From Dicyema japonicum (taxonomy: Eukaryota > Animalia > Dicyemida), in the NCBI GenBank assembly GCA_011109175.1, contig RDEW01000035.1, forward strand, positions 263,564-327,563: a DNA stretch of 64,000 bases. The letters are read 5' to 3'. Positions 24,886 to 37,269 of the stretch are shown here, in pieces; positions within the stretch are counted from its first letter, which is position 1; every line of letters starts with the position of its first letter. The position numbers were made by a program, and so were the translations under genes. The notes under the pieces are model-generated. The model ran no database searches. It saw only the letters and a list, made by a program, of their open reading frames with translations, and was not told the DNA's origin.

Positions 24886-25554
24886 GGCATTCTCTGAAAG
24901 ATTATCATTATTGCTAACTGAAAGCTCATTCAATGATTTTTTCTCATCTACGGATTAGTTTTGTGTGATCATTTCAGAATTTAGAAATTCTTTTTTTACA
25001 CCACTCCCTATGAATCCCTCATTCCTTATGTTACAACGGTATTGTCTATATATTCATCCGTATGATTATCGAATAACCATATTTTTTAGATCGTTACGAC
25101 AATTTGAGGAAGGTTCAACTTTATCTTCAAGATTTTAATTGACTCTTGGTTGTTCTACTGATAAAATTGAATAAGAGGGGAGATAAAATGGGAAGGAACT
25201 GTATTTTCTGGTGTACGAGATTATTCATTTCTTCAAGTAATCCTTTGTGCCAAGTACATTGAAGGATCCAAGAGTAAATGATAAGAGATGGTATAGACAT
25301 TTTTTTACTTTTACTCTCAATACTTGTTATTACTCCAGTAGGTGCCTTCACATATCTGGAATTCTCATTCCTTTTGTAACTCTTCCATGTAAGCATCTGC
25401 CACTTTCTTCTCCAAAAGACGAGATAACAACCACGGCAATAAATTAATTCAAATTTACCAAATTTCAAAATATTTGTAAATAAACTAATTTTTATTATTT
25501 AAATAAAATTTAAAAAAAATATCTAGGTCCTCCTCAAAATATGAGAAGAAATCT

Positions 25555-26240
25555 TTTATGAAGATTAATGCCAAAAAGACATTACTATCACCATTCTTAT
25601 TCAACTTATTTACGGCTGACATTCCGACGCCGAATGGAAATGACGACCTGCTCCTGGCTCATGCAGTCGAGGTCGTCTTGGCCTTACGGGATCAGACATC
25701 TAAACAGCGACGTAAAGAATACAACAACACTTCGATCGACTACTTGAGTAGTTTAATGAAAATCGGATGTCAATCAACACCAAAAAATCTGCTACAACTA
25801 TCTATACCTCGGACAAAAGATTGTCAAACAGACAATAGAATTTACTGCGAAGGTGTGAGAAAAAAATCAACCTTCTGAAATGCCTAACAGGTCTATGGAA
25901 AATTGGACATCACCCTATACTTAAAACGCTCTACTCACAGTACATCGAACCATGCATTTCATCTGCGTGTGCTTCATGGGGACCATTGGCCTCTTGTACG
26001 AACACTCAGAAAATTTCCACAACCCAGAAAAGGCCTTCAAACTAACTCAAAGATGGTATACAGGGGAAAATATCAAAATCACCGACGCCCTTGGAGACAC
26101 TAATTAAAAAATGAGAAAAAACACCAACGCCAAGAAGAAAGTGCTCGCCCGAAGCGAACTTCTGTAGGCTCAAGGATCAACACCGAGCAAATATGAGACC
26201 CATGATTCAATTCGTCGGATCACTTAGTTAGTTTTTTTCC
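25555..26240 (+). mobile_element. APE-type LINE RT C-terminal half, degraded
   Basis: LLSPFLFNLFTADIPTP..LLLAHA (QGS.LSP and YADD region), followed by thumb-like sequence. Confidence 0.7.
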
Positions 26241-27049
26241 GTTTAACAGTAGTCTTTGAATTAATTTTAATTTTTTTATTTAATGCAAGATTCCAAGAGA
26301 AACCTTAGGACCAAGCCATGTATGGACACTGAAATCACTTTATTAGATTATAACTCTTGCCTCTTAGGGTTCCAGTATTTATCAATTAAATTAAGCAATT
26401 CAATCTACTTTGGGCAATTATCAAGATCTGGATCATTGAGAGATAATAACCAAGACCACTCGGAATATTTGAATGAATATTTAAAATAGATGCGCGTAAA
26501 TTTCTCCTTATTGACGATAACAAGCACGAGTCTAAAAGGGCATTAATAGTTTTTTATAGTCGATGAAGCTAAAATCGAATTATCGGAAAAGTAATGTCCG
26601 TAAAGAACGAGGCGCATCATTAAAATGTATAGTACCTGATGTTAAATACGGAGTGGAGCACCTGAGATCCGTATTTTATCGGTAGGATTCGACTCAATAT
26701 TTAATCTAACGGAGGACCCTTTTATTATTTTCTAAAAATTGAACCTATTTTCTGTTGTCTCCAAGAAATAACTGAGTAAATTCAATATTGGGGGAAAATT
26801 AGCGATTATTTTTTTAATTAATAAATAAAATGGCTTTTTTATTTTAACATGCTATTTAATCAAAAACTTCAAAAATATTATGAAATTATAAAAATAACGA
26901 TGCAATGAATTACTTGAAAATGACGTACTTTACCTGAAATAGGGTAATAAATAAGCTATAGTTAGTAAGTCGATTTTCAGACACAAATGGATGACTATTA
27001 TTTATTTTTGCCCGAGGATCACAAAGTTAGAAAAGAAAATCAATTTTCT

Positions 27050-27292
27050 CTTCTATGTGGAAGTCGATACTAGGGAAGGATTATTTCATTAACTTTAACA
27101 CACATTGTTGTAGTGGTAGGCGGTGAAGCGAGTTCCGTTAACTTGAGCTTTATCAAAAGCCGGAAAAACATATTCCCCACTATTAATAACTTCAAAAAAT
27201 AACTTCTTTAACATGAACATCTAAACAAAATAAATTTACAATCACCTCTGCTACTTATTAGAATTTTAAAAAGTAAAGCAAAATCATGATGG
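27050..27292 (-). pseudogene. Possible secreted-protein pseudogene with a 25-nt intron
   Basis: Start MILLYFLK; GT..TTTAG intron at 27221-27245; needs two homopolymer frameshift corrections. Confidence 0.25.
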
Positions 27293-27539
27293 TTTGATTA
27301 AAAAAATAAAATTCTTATTACCTTTGCGGCCCCTGGTCAATTTATAAATTATCGATTTTGCCTCTGGTCTCAAATCGTGAGTACCTTTGCTTCACATAAA
27401 GAGAGCCACCCCCGTTTAAGTGCGACATCAGTCCTTTGAAATCAGTTAAAATACGTACTTAAGTACATCACCAAGGAAATCACGTTATGAATATTCATGT
27501 GACACGTGATTTTTTGAGAACCTAACATTAAACTTGTAA

Positions 27540-27745
27540 GAACTGTTATTGGAGTGAATTCACCTAATAAGTTCCGAGTTCGAATCTCGTAGCTGTACAC
27601 TGCGGAACCGGATTGTCTAATAACACGCAAAGAAAACAGAAATGAAGAACATACCTTGTTTCCCAATGATTAGTTATTCTAACAGTTTTTACTCGAATAA
27701 AGTGTATGTCAAGCCTGGGGGAACTACTAGGGTAGTTAACTAATA
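27540..27745 (+). mobile_element. SINE family 1, diverged and internally deleted copy
   Basis: B box GTTCGAATCT, then CACTGCGGAAC and GATTAGTTA..AATAAAGTGT..GCCT shared with the other copies. Confidence 0.55.
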
Positions 27746-27747
27746 AT

Positions 27748-29040
27748 TAGGGCAAACATTTTTAACCTTAAAATTAAAAAAATTTAACTTTATTCTCAAT
27801 TTAAACTTGTAAAATATAAATACGAAACAATAAAAGAAAAATGTTGTTTTAAAGACTATTTATTGAAAATGGACATTACGTAGTTTTCCAGATTTCGTGT
27901 ACAAAAGTATCTATTTGTTTTTAAAAAAACTCTTGAATTAAGAAAAACATCTTTCGACAGATACCGAGGATGGCTGACAATTTAGAAGGAACGAATAATC
28001 TTCAGGAAATATATTTTTACATTCCATATTAATAATTTTAGTTAGGTCGCTTTCCAAAATTCTCTTCTCCAAATATTGCTCTGACCCCTGTTTCATCTTT
28101 TCCAAAATCAATTGCACTAAGCGTCGAATATGCGTACTATAAGAACAACCTGGAATATGTGAATAGTTATGCGAAATAGCGCATAAGCTCTGTACTATTT
28201 TTTCACTTTTCATTGTATTCTTCGTAAAAATGCCTTCGTCCTCAATTAACTCGAAAATGTTAATCACTGGGATAAAATTTTTTGAATAAAAAGATGCAGC
28301 CTTCACTAGATACCCCATCTCGTCAATACGACTTTGGAAAATTCCAATTTCGGAAAACAACAATTTTCGCTTTTGGTTCTTCCTAATAGAAGCTTGTACG
28401 CTAGCTATCACATCATCTCTTCTGGACAAGATTTTCTGATCTCCATTGAACAATTATGCAAAATGTGGGCGACCTTAAAAATTATAATTTTTTTAACTTT
28501 CCCAGCTAAATCATAAATGAATTAAATCAATATCGGCTGTCATATACCATACAGCATCAGAAATGAGAAGCATAAAATTATCCCGTTCAACAATTATATT
28601 TCGGATCGAATCATCAACAATCTGTGCTATAATATTTTTTGTAGGTGCAGACTCAATTGGTTTGAATGAGACCAAATAATAATTTTAGGCAGTTTGATTG
28701 ATCCCACCAAAAAATTTGTTAATCGGAATGTCACATTTCAGAAGAGCCTTAGTCACCTTCAAATCCCAGTTTCCAACTTTAGATTCATTTAATTTTTGTT
28801 GGCTAGACGTTGTCATACGATCTATCTATATCATCGAAAAATCTTTACCAACGGAAATTTTATGTTCTTGAACGACTTGTGAAGGTTAACAAAGTGTTTT
28901 TTAGCACTTCACTGTCGTTAAGCATAGTTTAAAATAACTCATGGTTATTATGTAATTGAAACTCTCTTGGAAATTCGTTAACAATTAATGTTGCTTAGTC
29001 AGAGAAGACGTAGAAATACGTGGCATACAAAAAACTGTAA
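27748..29040 (-). mobile_element. CGGBP1-type hAT transposase pseudogene
   Basis: MPRISTS.., VTKALLKCDIP, NFMLLISDA, VAHILHNC and dimerisation motif CQPSSVSVERCFS; TAGGGCAA terminus at 27748. Confidence 0.8.
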
Positions 29041-29169
29041 ACTATGCTGTTTAATATTTATTTAATAATAAAATAATAATTTGTTGAAATAATTAAAAAA
29101 AATTAAGTTTAAAAAATTTTACCTTACGATTTATTTTTTTAACTTTTTTTCAAAATATAAAGGGAGAAC

Positions 29170-29745
29170 GTTTAAGTTGTTTCTGCAATAATTTTTATTA
29201 GATTAAACCTTTCTATGCGTTGTGTATAGAAACCAGTACTCGGGTCAATGAGGTTATAACGATGATCGACCATCATATGTACGAAAAGCATATCTTGTTG
29301 GTCGTTAGTCGAATATCCTCGCCAACTGTCTGATGAGTGTTGAACCAACTGCCACATTTGTGATTGTAGCTTTTGTAGGGATTCCATAGTTCGATCCGGA
29401 ATTTAAACGAGGAAAAATTCTTTAGTTTCCATGCAAATTCCTCCAAAAATCCATTGCTCGGTGAATACTCGTCCATAATTATTTTTGGCTTAGAAAATAG
29501 ACTTTCATAAGTTTCTAATGGCTTCTTCAACATTCACTCTAGGATTCTCTAACCATTTACCTAAGATATGTAGCCACTAAAAATACCAGATTGTATACTA
29601 ATATTTGTCATACATGTTCTCTTCAAACAAAACCACTTCGCTACTCTAAGGACCATAGAATGTCCTTTTTACAATATCTTTCCTGGGGAAAATCCCCTTT
29701 TCTTGTAAAAATTAATTGTTTTCACAGCAAAGTATATTCGTAGAT
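29170..29745 (-). mobile_element. Merlin (ISXO2/IS1595-like) transposase remnant
   Basis: SDSWRGYS..HMMVDHRYNLIDPSTGFYTQRIE matches the SD.W..Y..H..VNH..F.DP.TG.HTQ.IE pattern. Confidence 0.75.
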
Positions 29746-30469
29746 AAAAAATTCAAAAACTTAATAAATAAAAATAAATTATTAATTAAATATTTAATAT
29801 TTAACTAAAAAATTGTTGCAGGAAAGTGGCAGTCAATCAACTAGATAAAACCTCAATAAGTATTATGGAACTCATGAAAAGTGCTGTTTACCCAAAAATT
29901 GTTAAATTTGGTAAATCAAGACCATCGTGTTTCCCTTCAATGTGTTTGTCCCGCATGAGCATCATTAATACCATTGTGGGCAGTGCTTTCGCTCGCGTCA
30001 CGGATAGTTATGGGTTCGATTCCATTACCGTTACCTACTGGCGATAGGCTACCTTCTGTTATTTGCTTTCTTCAATTCCAAGAGGTGTCATATGATAAAT
30101 CGAATCTAAGACGCCCGTGCCTATCGGTATCCAAAAAGGACCCTTTCACCCCTATTCTACTGGAGAGGTTCCCACAATGGATGGAGGAAATAGGGTTCCG
30201 TAAATTGTTATAATGTTTCTGTGTTTAGATTCGCTCATTACATTGATCTCGAATGATACGGAATCCCAATCATCATATTTTCTTACGTTAATCACTTTCA
30301 ACATTAACAACCGTCCTTGTGCCAAATGTCAGGGATCTAGTACGGATGAGATAAACTCTGTGCAAAGACAGAAGACAGAAAATATAACGTTGTGATCTGA
30401 TGTCTTCAAGAGACTAAATTGGCTAGTCTGACTAACCTTCCTTCCCAATAGGTCGAAGCAACATGATTT

Positions 30470-30700
30470 GGGGTTTTTAATGAAGAATGCTATGTTTCAA
30501 ATATATCAAGATATTGCAATATTAAAGGCAGAATTGGGGTTCTATAACTCGAAACAAATTATTCTTCCCGCTCTAATGTACACCACAAAATGGGTGAATT
30601 AAAAGAATTCTCAATAAATTGATGATCTCCGCATTCACTCTCAACGGTGTACTGTTAACATGAACATTCCCGATTAATATATATCGCTGGGTATCAGAAG
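30470..30700 (+). mobile_element. Highly degraded RTE fragment
   Basis: IILPALMY followed by a decayed LR.I stretch; weak match. Confidence 0.3.
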
Positions 30701-30787
30701 GCAAAAGTGGGCACGTGGAGAAAACCTTCATGGGAAAGCTTTGTTTGGGAGAAAAACCTGAACTTCTTTGCTAACTTCTGCAGGCGA

Positions 30788-31116
30788 ATATTACCCTAAC
30801 AGTTAGAATGTCATACACGAACAGAGGTTTTTTCCTATGCTCTGCCCTTTTTTTTCCTTCAATTAGTGTGACGTCATGTGATCCATCTGTCTCAGGAGGA
30901 GTTCAGGATAGTATCAAAAGGACTATTCGCCTCATCTTACTCCATTGGATCATTTCTTAACTCAGTGTTTCACTGGGAGTCATCAGAGACAAGTAGATGA
31001 CGCCACAAGAGAAAAGAAACAGATAAAAAGAAAAGAAACTTCTACCGACTAGCCAGTGGGGGAATCGAACCCAGGACAAATTGCTATGTTAGTCCAAACC
31101 ACTAGGAATATAACTC
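30788..31116 (-). mobile_element. tRNA-headed SINE family 2 with an internal inverted repeat
   Basis: Minus strand A box-like TTCCTAGTGG and B box GGTTCGATTCCCC; imperfect inverted arms at 30868-30896 and 30981-31006. Confidence 0.7.
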
Positions 31117-31162
31117 AACAAGTAAGGTCAACCAAACTATAAATTTAATAACTTATAATTAG

Positions 31163-31711
31163 TTAATCCGGCTTCAGTATTTTATTTAAATTTCTTCATT
31201 CTTCTTTAGTTTATTACTAATATCATTAATGGTACAATCTATCAATCTCTTATACTCCCTCATATTATTCACGTCTTCTTCAAACTCATTTATTATATAC
31301 TTCATCTCTGCTATTCTAACTCTATCTTTACTTATTTCTCTTATTAAAACTGAATTTTCACTATCTTTAACTTTTATTTTCTTCTCGTACTTTGTCTTTT
31401 ATTATTATTATTAGTTTTACTAGCAAACAGTCGCTTTTTAACATTTGAAGCTGTTGTTCTCTGTTAAATGATGCTTTGGCGTTCTCAAATGTTTCTTCAA
31501 GTTCTTTGTACTTATTTTCGATTGTTGTCATCTATCACTTATACTCATTACCAATCTATTAACAAGATCTTGATTCTCCGACATTTTCAGTGATAGTCTA
31601 TTCTCGCATTCTTGCTGATTAATCTTTAATGATATGTTAATTTTACTCTTATATTATTTAATTTGTTTATTTTGACATTATTCTCGTTTTTAATTTCTCC
31701 AAAGAGTCCAT
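31163..31711 (-). pseudogene. Coiled-coil host gene with three tiny introns, copy 1
   Basis: Introns 31624-31646 (23 nt), 31532-31551 (20 nt) and 31396-31420 (25 nt) each restore one frame: ..NNIR|INQQECENRL..NRL|MTTIENKYKELEETF..DCLL|TKYEKKIK... Probable 1-nt deletions near both ends. Confidence 0.65.
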
Positions 31712-31812
31712 CGGAAAAAATACGAAATTTCCCGCTTTAATAGTATTGTTGACAATTATTATTTATTTTTTTTAGTTTTTTAAATTTTATTATCAAATAG
31801 ATAAAAATTAAA

Positions 31813-32265
31813 TTAAGGCATCTGAATGGCCATGCTATTTCCCCTAACAATAGCCAACGAGATACGTTCTCGGAACCAACCAGTCTCTCGCGGATCTTTG
31901 GTCACAGCTTGAATCATGGAGCCGATCTTACGAACCAACTCATCTGCTTGGGGGCCAAGGATTCCTGACGTTTCCACCGCGAATGGAACAAAAAGATACT
32001 CCTCCGAAATTCTCTGGTACTTCCTCCTCTTTCGTTCCTCGGCCTGCTTCGAAACATGTCCTGGGTCTGAAGCACAAGCAACCAAATTAGACGGGGAATA
32101 AGTATCAACACACGTCGCTTCCCAGATCAGGTTTCGTCCATTGGCGAATGGAAAAGTCGTCATCCCATCAGGGCGTTTTCCATCGTTTCGGGAAAGACCA
32201 GCAGGTTCTAACAGGCAATGGTGTCCAGCAGAGGCAAGGGAATTCTTTAATGTCATGTTAAGACA
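31813..32265 (-). mobile_element. CRE-like RLE domain, open frame to stop
   Basis: RHSCLN..LEPAGLSRNDGKRPDGMTTFPF..LIWEATCVDT..FVPFAVETSG..ERISLAIVRGNS. Confidence 0.9.
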
Positions 32266-32267
32266 GG

Positions 32268-32700
32268 AGTGCCTGGGGAAAATAGTGCATGGAAAGAAAA
32301 GAACTTTATAACGACCTTCCAAAATACAAGATATCAATCGGATGTCTCCAAGAGACAAAAGTATCGAAGGAGTTTGAAATCTTATACAAGAGAACAGGAA
32401 CTGAGCCAATATTATGTGAGATTACTGATTCAAGATGGAGGCTCTTTGGACACATACTCCGCCACGATATGGGGACCCCTGCCAACATAGCAATGGAGGA
32501 GTATTTTGTCTTAGAAGCTTCTCGTTTCCTCGGCCGGCCGAGGACAACACTGCCGGTTATTTTAAATAAAGATCTCAGGATATGCTACGGAACTTGGCAA
32601 CGGATCGAAAAAGATGGGGGACGTTAATTAGATTGTTAACTTTTCGTGTTGCACATGCTTTGTCATGATCTTGGCATCGCGTACGTGCCTATAATAATAA
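32268..32700 (+). mobile_element. RTE-clade LINE, internally deleted (APE start joined to 3' end)
   Basis: IGCLQETK, then WRLFGHILR..PANIAMEEYF..GRPRTTLP; (ATA)n tail. Confidence 0.85.
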
Positions 32701-32859
32701 AATGAATTATCATGCCTTTCATTGAAAAATTTATGTTTATGAAAACATGAAACACATATCTTTTTGCCGTTATTCTCGCACAATAATATATAAACTCCAC
32801 TTTTTTTCAGAATGGTTCAAAAAGTTAACACATAAAAATCTAAAAGAGCTGCAGTGAAA

Positions 32860-35620
32860 GTCACAACAATGAAAGCCAGTAGCTCTTCTCGTCCTCCGGG
32901 AAGTGCTACAGCTGAGTCATTCTCTTTGGATAACAAGACGTCGCATAAGGCAGAACCTGTTAAACCAGAGAATGTTCTTACAAAACACAACCCACGGAAG
33001 TGTCCAAACCTACGGATGAACCAATGAAAGCTGATTCTTTAGAGAACAAGACTATATTAATCACAGTGGATTCTACTATGAATGCGATAAAGATTGCAAA
33101 CGTTTTACAATACTATACCAATATCTGAGAATGAGCCACAGAGGACCGGGCTCATTCCGACTGGATTTCCAGGACAACTCCCACGTGACCACCTATATGG
33201 AGGCTGTGAATGAGACCTGTCCCTTTGGTCATGACAATCACTTTTTCAAGACAATCTCAACAAAACCGTCTGAGATTGTCCTCAGGAACCTTCCCTTCTG
33301 GGTGAAAGAGACGACCTCTTGGTCTACCTCCAGGAGATGGCTCCTTCAGTCACGAAGGTTACCCGAATGACCAGAGGATCGCAGGCCATGCTAATGGCGA
33401 AGGCCTCGATCAATAGTAAATCGGAGGCCACATCACTAATACGCTGTGGCTTCTACATCGGAACGAACAAATCTCTTGTAAGTGGATGAGAAGAGGGCCG
33501 CCGATCTGCTACAACTGTCAGCAGGTCGGTCACTTTGCATACCAGTGCACGGGAAAGAAGAAATGTTTCCGTTGCGCGGGAGAGCATGACACCCCCAGGT
33601 GCAATGCGGATCCGGGTCATGAACCTACGTGTGTTAACCGCTGATCAACAAAACACGGTGCAAGATATGGAGGATGCCCTGTGCTCATGAAGGCCAGGCG
33701 AAAGTTAAATCCCGAATCGACAATACGGAACCAAAACAGATGAATGTTATACCCAACAAAGTGGAACCGCCATCCCAAAAAAGAATAATTAGCCCAAAGA
33801 CTAACAAGAATGAAGCTGCTCCTCTTGCACGAGAGTCGGCCTGGCTACCCTGCAAAAGTTATCAGGGAGAATTGCAAAAGAACTGGAGGAAATAATATCA
33901 AGACTGTAGGAACTAAGCGGCATACTCTGGGTGGATTTACGAAGAATGGTGGACCTGGCCATGGAGAGCCCGGGCCACCAAAAAGAAAATTGAAAAGAAA
34001 CCTGAAGATAGTGCTGGTGAACGCCCGATCCCTGAGATGACCTGGCACTACTCTTATCGTCTACCAAGATTGACATCCTGATGGTCAACGAGACCAAGGT
34101 AAAAAAGACCAACACTACAATGTACAGGGATACAATTCTATAGAAATACCATGGGTCGAAGCTGCAGAAGCTTGTACTGGAACCACATTGTTCAGTGATG
34201 TTCTAAAGATACGTGATCCAAAAGTTGTTATGAATACTCATTGTGAATTTGTTTCCGTCGAGGTGAGATGCTGTGGCCGTTGGATATACGTTGGAGGAAT
34301 TTATTCAAAGGACCTCAGAAAGTGCTCCACAGAAATTGAATAATTCTTCACAAGAAACGATATGTCTGTCCTAGTAAGAGATCTAAATGCTAAGAACATT
34401 AAATATGGATGTCTCGGAACCAACGAGGATGGAATCAGGCTAAGAAAATTGAGTGATAAGACTGGCTTCGAGATTTTGACGTCGGAGAAGCCGAATCACT
34501 ACTCGCACCACGGTGGAGACATGCTTGGGGTGTTCCTGGTGTCACCACTGCTCTACACTTATGTGGAGAGACCGATGATCATGTGAGACATCGGGAGCGA
34601 CCACATCCCCAAGAGATGTTACTGAACCTGGCTCCGGACACTACGGAGTCAGTGTTTACAGGATACGACCTATCAAGACTAAATTAGGAACACTATAGAA
34701 GATACATATCTAGAAACCTTAAAAACTGGAAGGAGGGACCTTATTCCCGAAGTGATATTAACAACATATACTTTTCAATTGTGATGGAGAGATACTTATT
34801 ACTTTACGCAAGGAGCACCCTCAAGGACCAATTATGGGAAGAGCATCAATCTCTCCCCTTCTACATTATCTATGATTAATAAAAGAAACCGCCTGAGGAA
34901 CAAACTCAGAAAATGTGTCGACTGGATGTACTGAATTGTATTGACCGGTCAACTGAAGGTAATCAAAAAACCATTGAAGAAGGAACAAGACTGTCTCAAA
35001 AACAATGTTTGAGGGTCGAGGCAAGCAAACTAAACACCGAAGACCCCTCGTTCTGGAAGTTCTACAAAAGAATAACTGGCCAGAAAATGAATGACATGAA
35101 AATCTCTTTGACCAAGCCAGAAGGTTGATCATGTTCTATGGAAAGAAGCCCCAGATATTTTTAAGAAGCAACTAGAGCGCATTCAGGGGGTCAGCTGATC
35201 CCGAGGTAAAAGTTAGATGCTTCACAGAAATTCTAACGTACTCTTTGGATGATCTCAAAGATACTGAAATGAAGATAACGACAGAGGACGTCATGATTAG
35301 CATCAAAACATGCAAAGCTAACGCCCCTGGACATGACCATATTAGCATGAGATTGTTCAAGGTAGGCCCAGAGGATCTACTGCTCGTAATGAAGAATTTA
35401 TTCAACGCGAGCATAGATTATGGCTACGTCCCCGAACGCTGGAAAACCTCCATAGTCAGAATTATCTTGACACAGGGAAAGTCGGGGAGGGACCCTTTCA
35501 GCTATTAGCCGATCAGCCTCATCTGCTCTATTTCCAAGATTGATGAGCGAATTATCTTCGAGAGGCTAAACGACCACATGGAAGAGAGTGGTTTCTTCCT
35601 TGCAGAGCAACGTGGCTTCA
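32860..35620 (+). mobile_element. Two-ORF APE-type LINE (gag-like ORF1, APE, RT start), degraded and 3'-truncated
   Basis: Zinc knuckles CYNCQQVGHFAYQC and CFRCAGEHDTPRC (33507-33602); VNARSL, MVNETK, DLNAK, SDH; KANAPGHDHI, WKTSIV and SY*PISL..QRGF. Confidence 0.9.
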
Positions 35621-35621
35621 A

Positions 35622-36223
35622 AATTTGCAGAGTTCACAATTTCGAATGAATTTTCTGATAATCTCATTCTTTAAAGTGAAGTATCTTTGTCGACATTCAT
35701 ACTCAATTTTATTGACTCCTCCGTGTGAAAACTCGTGCAACGATTTCGCAACATATTCCATTTCGGTTTCATTATCCAGGAATATGACTAACTTGAAATC
35801 AGTTGATTTAAGATACAGTCTAAAATTATTGTAAATTTACAATACCTGTCATTGATAATGGAAAAATTCTCTATCTTCTTTACAAGCCTATATTTTCGGT
35901 GCCTCGGAAGATTTTCGGGAAATTTATCATGCAAAGCATCTTTTAAAGTCTGATATTCAACGCAATCTTTCGCAAAACCCTTGTAAGAAGCCATTGCAAC
36001 AAAACAATCTTCCATGCTATAAATCACGTAGAAATCTAGGTTTACCGCTATAAAAAATAAAATCTTTATAATCATAATATTTATGAATAAAAAACTAATT
36101 TAACAGGATTAAATCACGATATAAATCGGATATACAAAATTAGATGTCGGATAATCAAAAAACCTTTTCAAGGTCGAAAAAATGTAACAGGCTGCCCATG
36201 CTTTACGCGCCGCCCATGTGACA
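35622..36223 (-). mobile_element. Ginger/GIN-like integrase DNA transposon, 5' part, with a 26-nt intron
   Basis: Removing 35820-35845 gives NDR|LYLK..LHEFSHGGVNKIEYECRQRYFTLKNEIIRKFIRNCELC (HHCC zinc-binding domain); TGTCACA terminus at 36223. Confidence 0.75.
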
Positions 36224-36560
36224 TATTACCCTAACAGTTAGAATGTCATACACGAACAGAGGTTTTTTCCTATGCTCTGCCATTCTTTTTCTTCTTCCAA
36301 TCAATGTGACGTCATGTGATCCATCTGTCTCAGGAGGAGTTCAAGATGGTATCAAAAAGGACTATTCGCCTCATCTTAGTCCATTGAATAATTTCATAAC
36401 TCAGTGTTTCACTGGGCGTCATCCGAGAGAAGTAGATGACACCACAGGAGAAAAGAAACAGATAAAAAGAAAAGAAACTTCTACCGACTAGCCAGTGGGG
36501 GAATCGAACACAGGACAAATTGCTATGTAAGTAAGTCCAAACCACTAAGAATATAAATCA
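36224..36560 (-). mobile_element. SINE family 2 copy within a segmental duplicate
   Basis: Closely matches 30788-31116. Confidence 0.75.
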
Positions 36561-36605
36561 ACAAGTAAGGTCAACCAAACTATAAATTTAATAACTTATA
36601 ATTAG

Positions 36606-37012
36606 TTAATTCGGCTTCAGTATTTTACTTAAATTATTTTCATTCTTCTTTAGTTTACTACCAATATCATTAATGGTACAATCCATCAATCTCTTATACT
36701 CCCTCATATTATTCACTTCTACAAACTCATTTATTATATACTTCATCTCTGCTATTCTAACTCTATCTTAACTTATTTCTCCTATTAAAACTGAATTTTC
36801 ACATTCTTTAACTTTTATTTTCTTCTCGTACTTTGTCTTTTATTATTATTATTAGTTTTACTAGCAAAAAGTCGCTTTTTAACATTTGAAGCTGTTGTTC
36901 TCTGTTAAATGATGCTTTGGCGTTCTCAAATTCTTCTTCAAGTTCTTTGTACTTATTTTTGGTTGTTGTCATCTATCACTTATACTCATTACCAATCTAT
37001 TTACAAGATCTT
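36606..37012 (-). pseudogene. Coiled-coil host gene, copy 2 (5'-truncated)
   Basis: Retains the 20-nt and 25-nt introns; one premature TAA; ends KKNENNLSKILKPN*. Confidence 0.65.
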
Positions 37013-37240
37013 AGCACTATCAAGTTCGTTGAAACACTTGGTCGACTAGATCAAGTGGATCAAGAATAACTTTGTTACTGTTATGTCGAGCCTCCGCGTC
37101 GAGAGCATAGTTCCAGCTTATCAAGCATTTGTTAGCAGACTGAGTCGCTGATTGAATGCTTCTGTTTTTGAAAGAAAGAATGATATCGTCTGCATAGGAA
37201 AGGATTATGCAGTTTTCATTACAGGTTTGTGGCATGTCGT
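37013..37240 (-). mobile_element. LINE RT fragment
   Basis: CIILSYADDIILSF. Confidence 0.65.
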
Positions 37241-37269
37241 TTATTTTTATTTTACTTTATTGAACCAAA

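Noticed and set aside
28474-28497. 24-nt intron candidate in the CGGBP1-type hAT
   Set aside because: GT-AG and size fit, but the upstream sequence is too decayed to show that removal restores the expected motif spacing.
30940-30990. Hammerhead-like CTGATGA...GAAA in SINE family 2 (minus strand)
   Set aside because: No proper stem II closure or adjacent NUH/stem I, and the 36.4 kb copy reads CGGATGA.
31051-31116. tRNA gene (also 9272-9340 and 17563-17625)
   Set aside because: A/B boxes are present but I could not fold a full cloverleaf, and each continues into a shared repeat body; treated as SINE heads.
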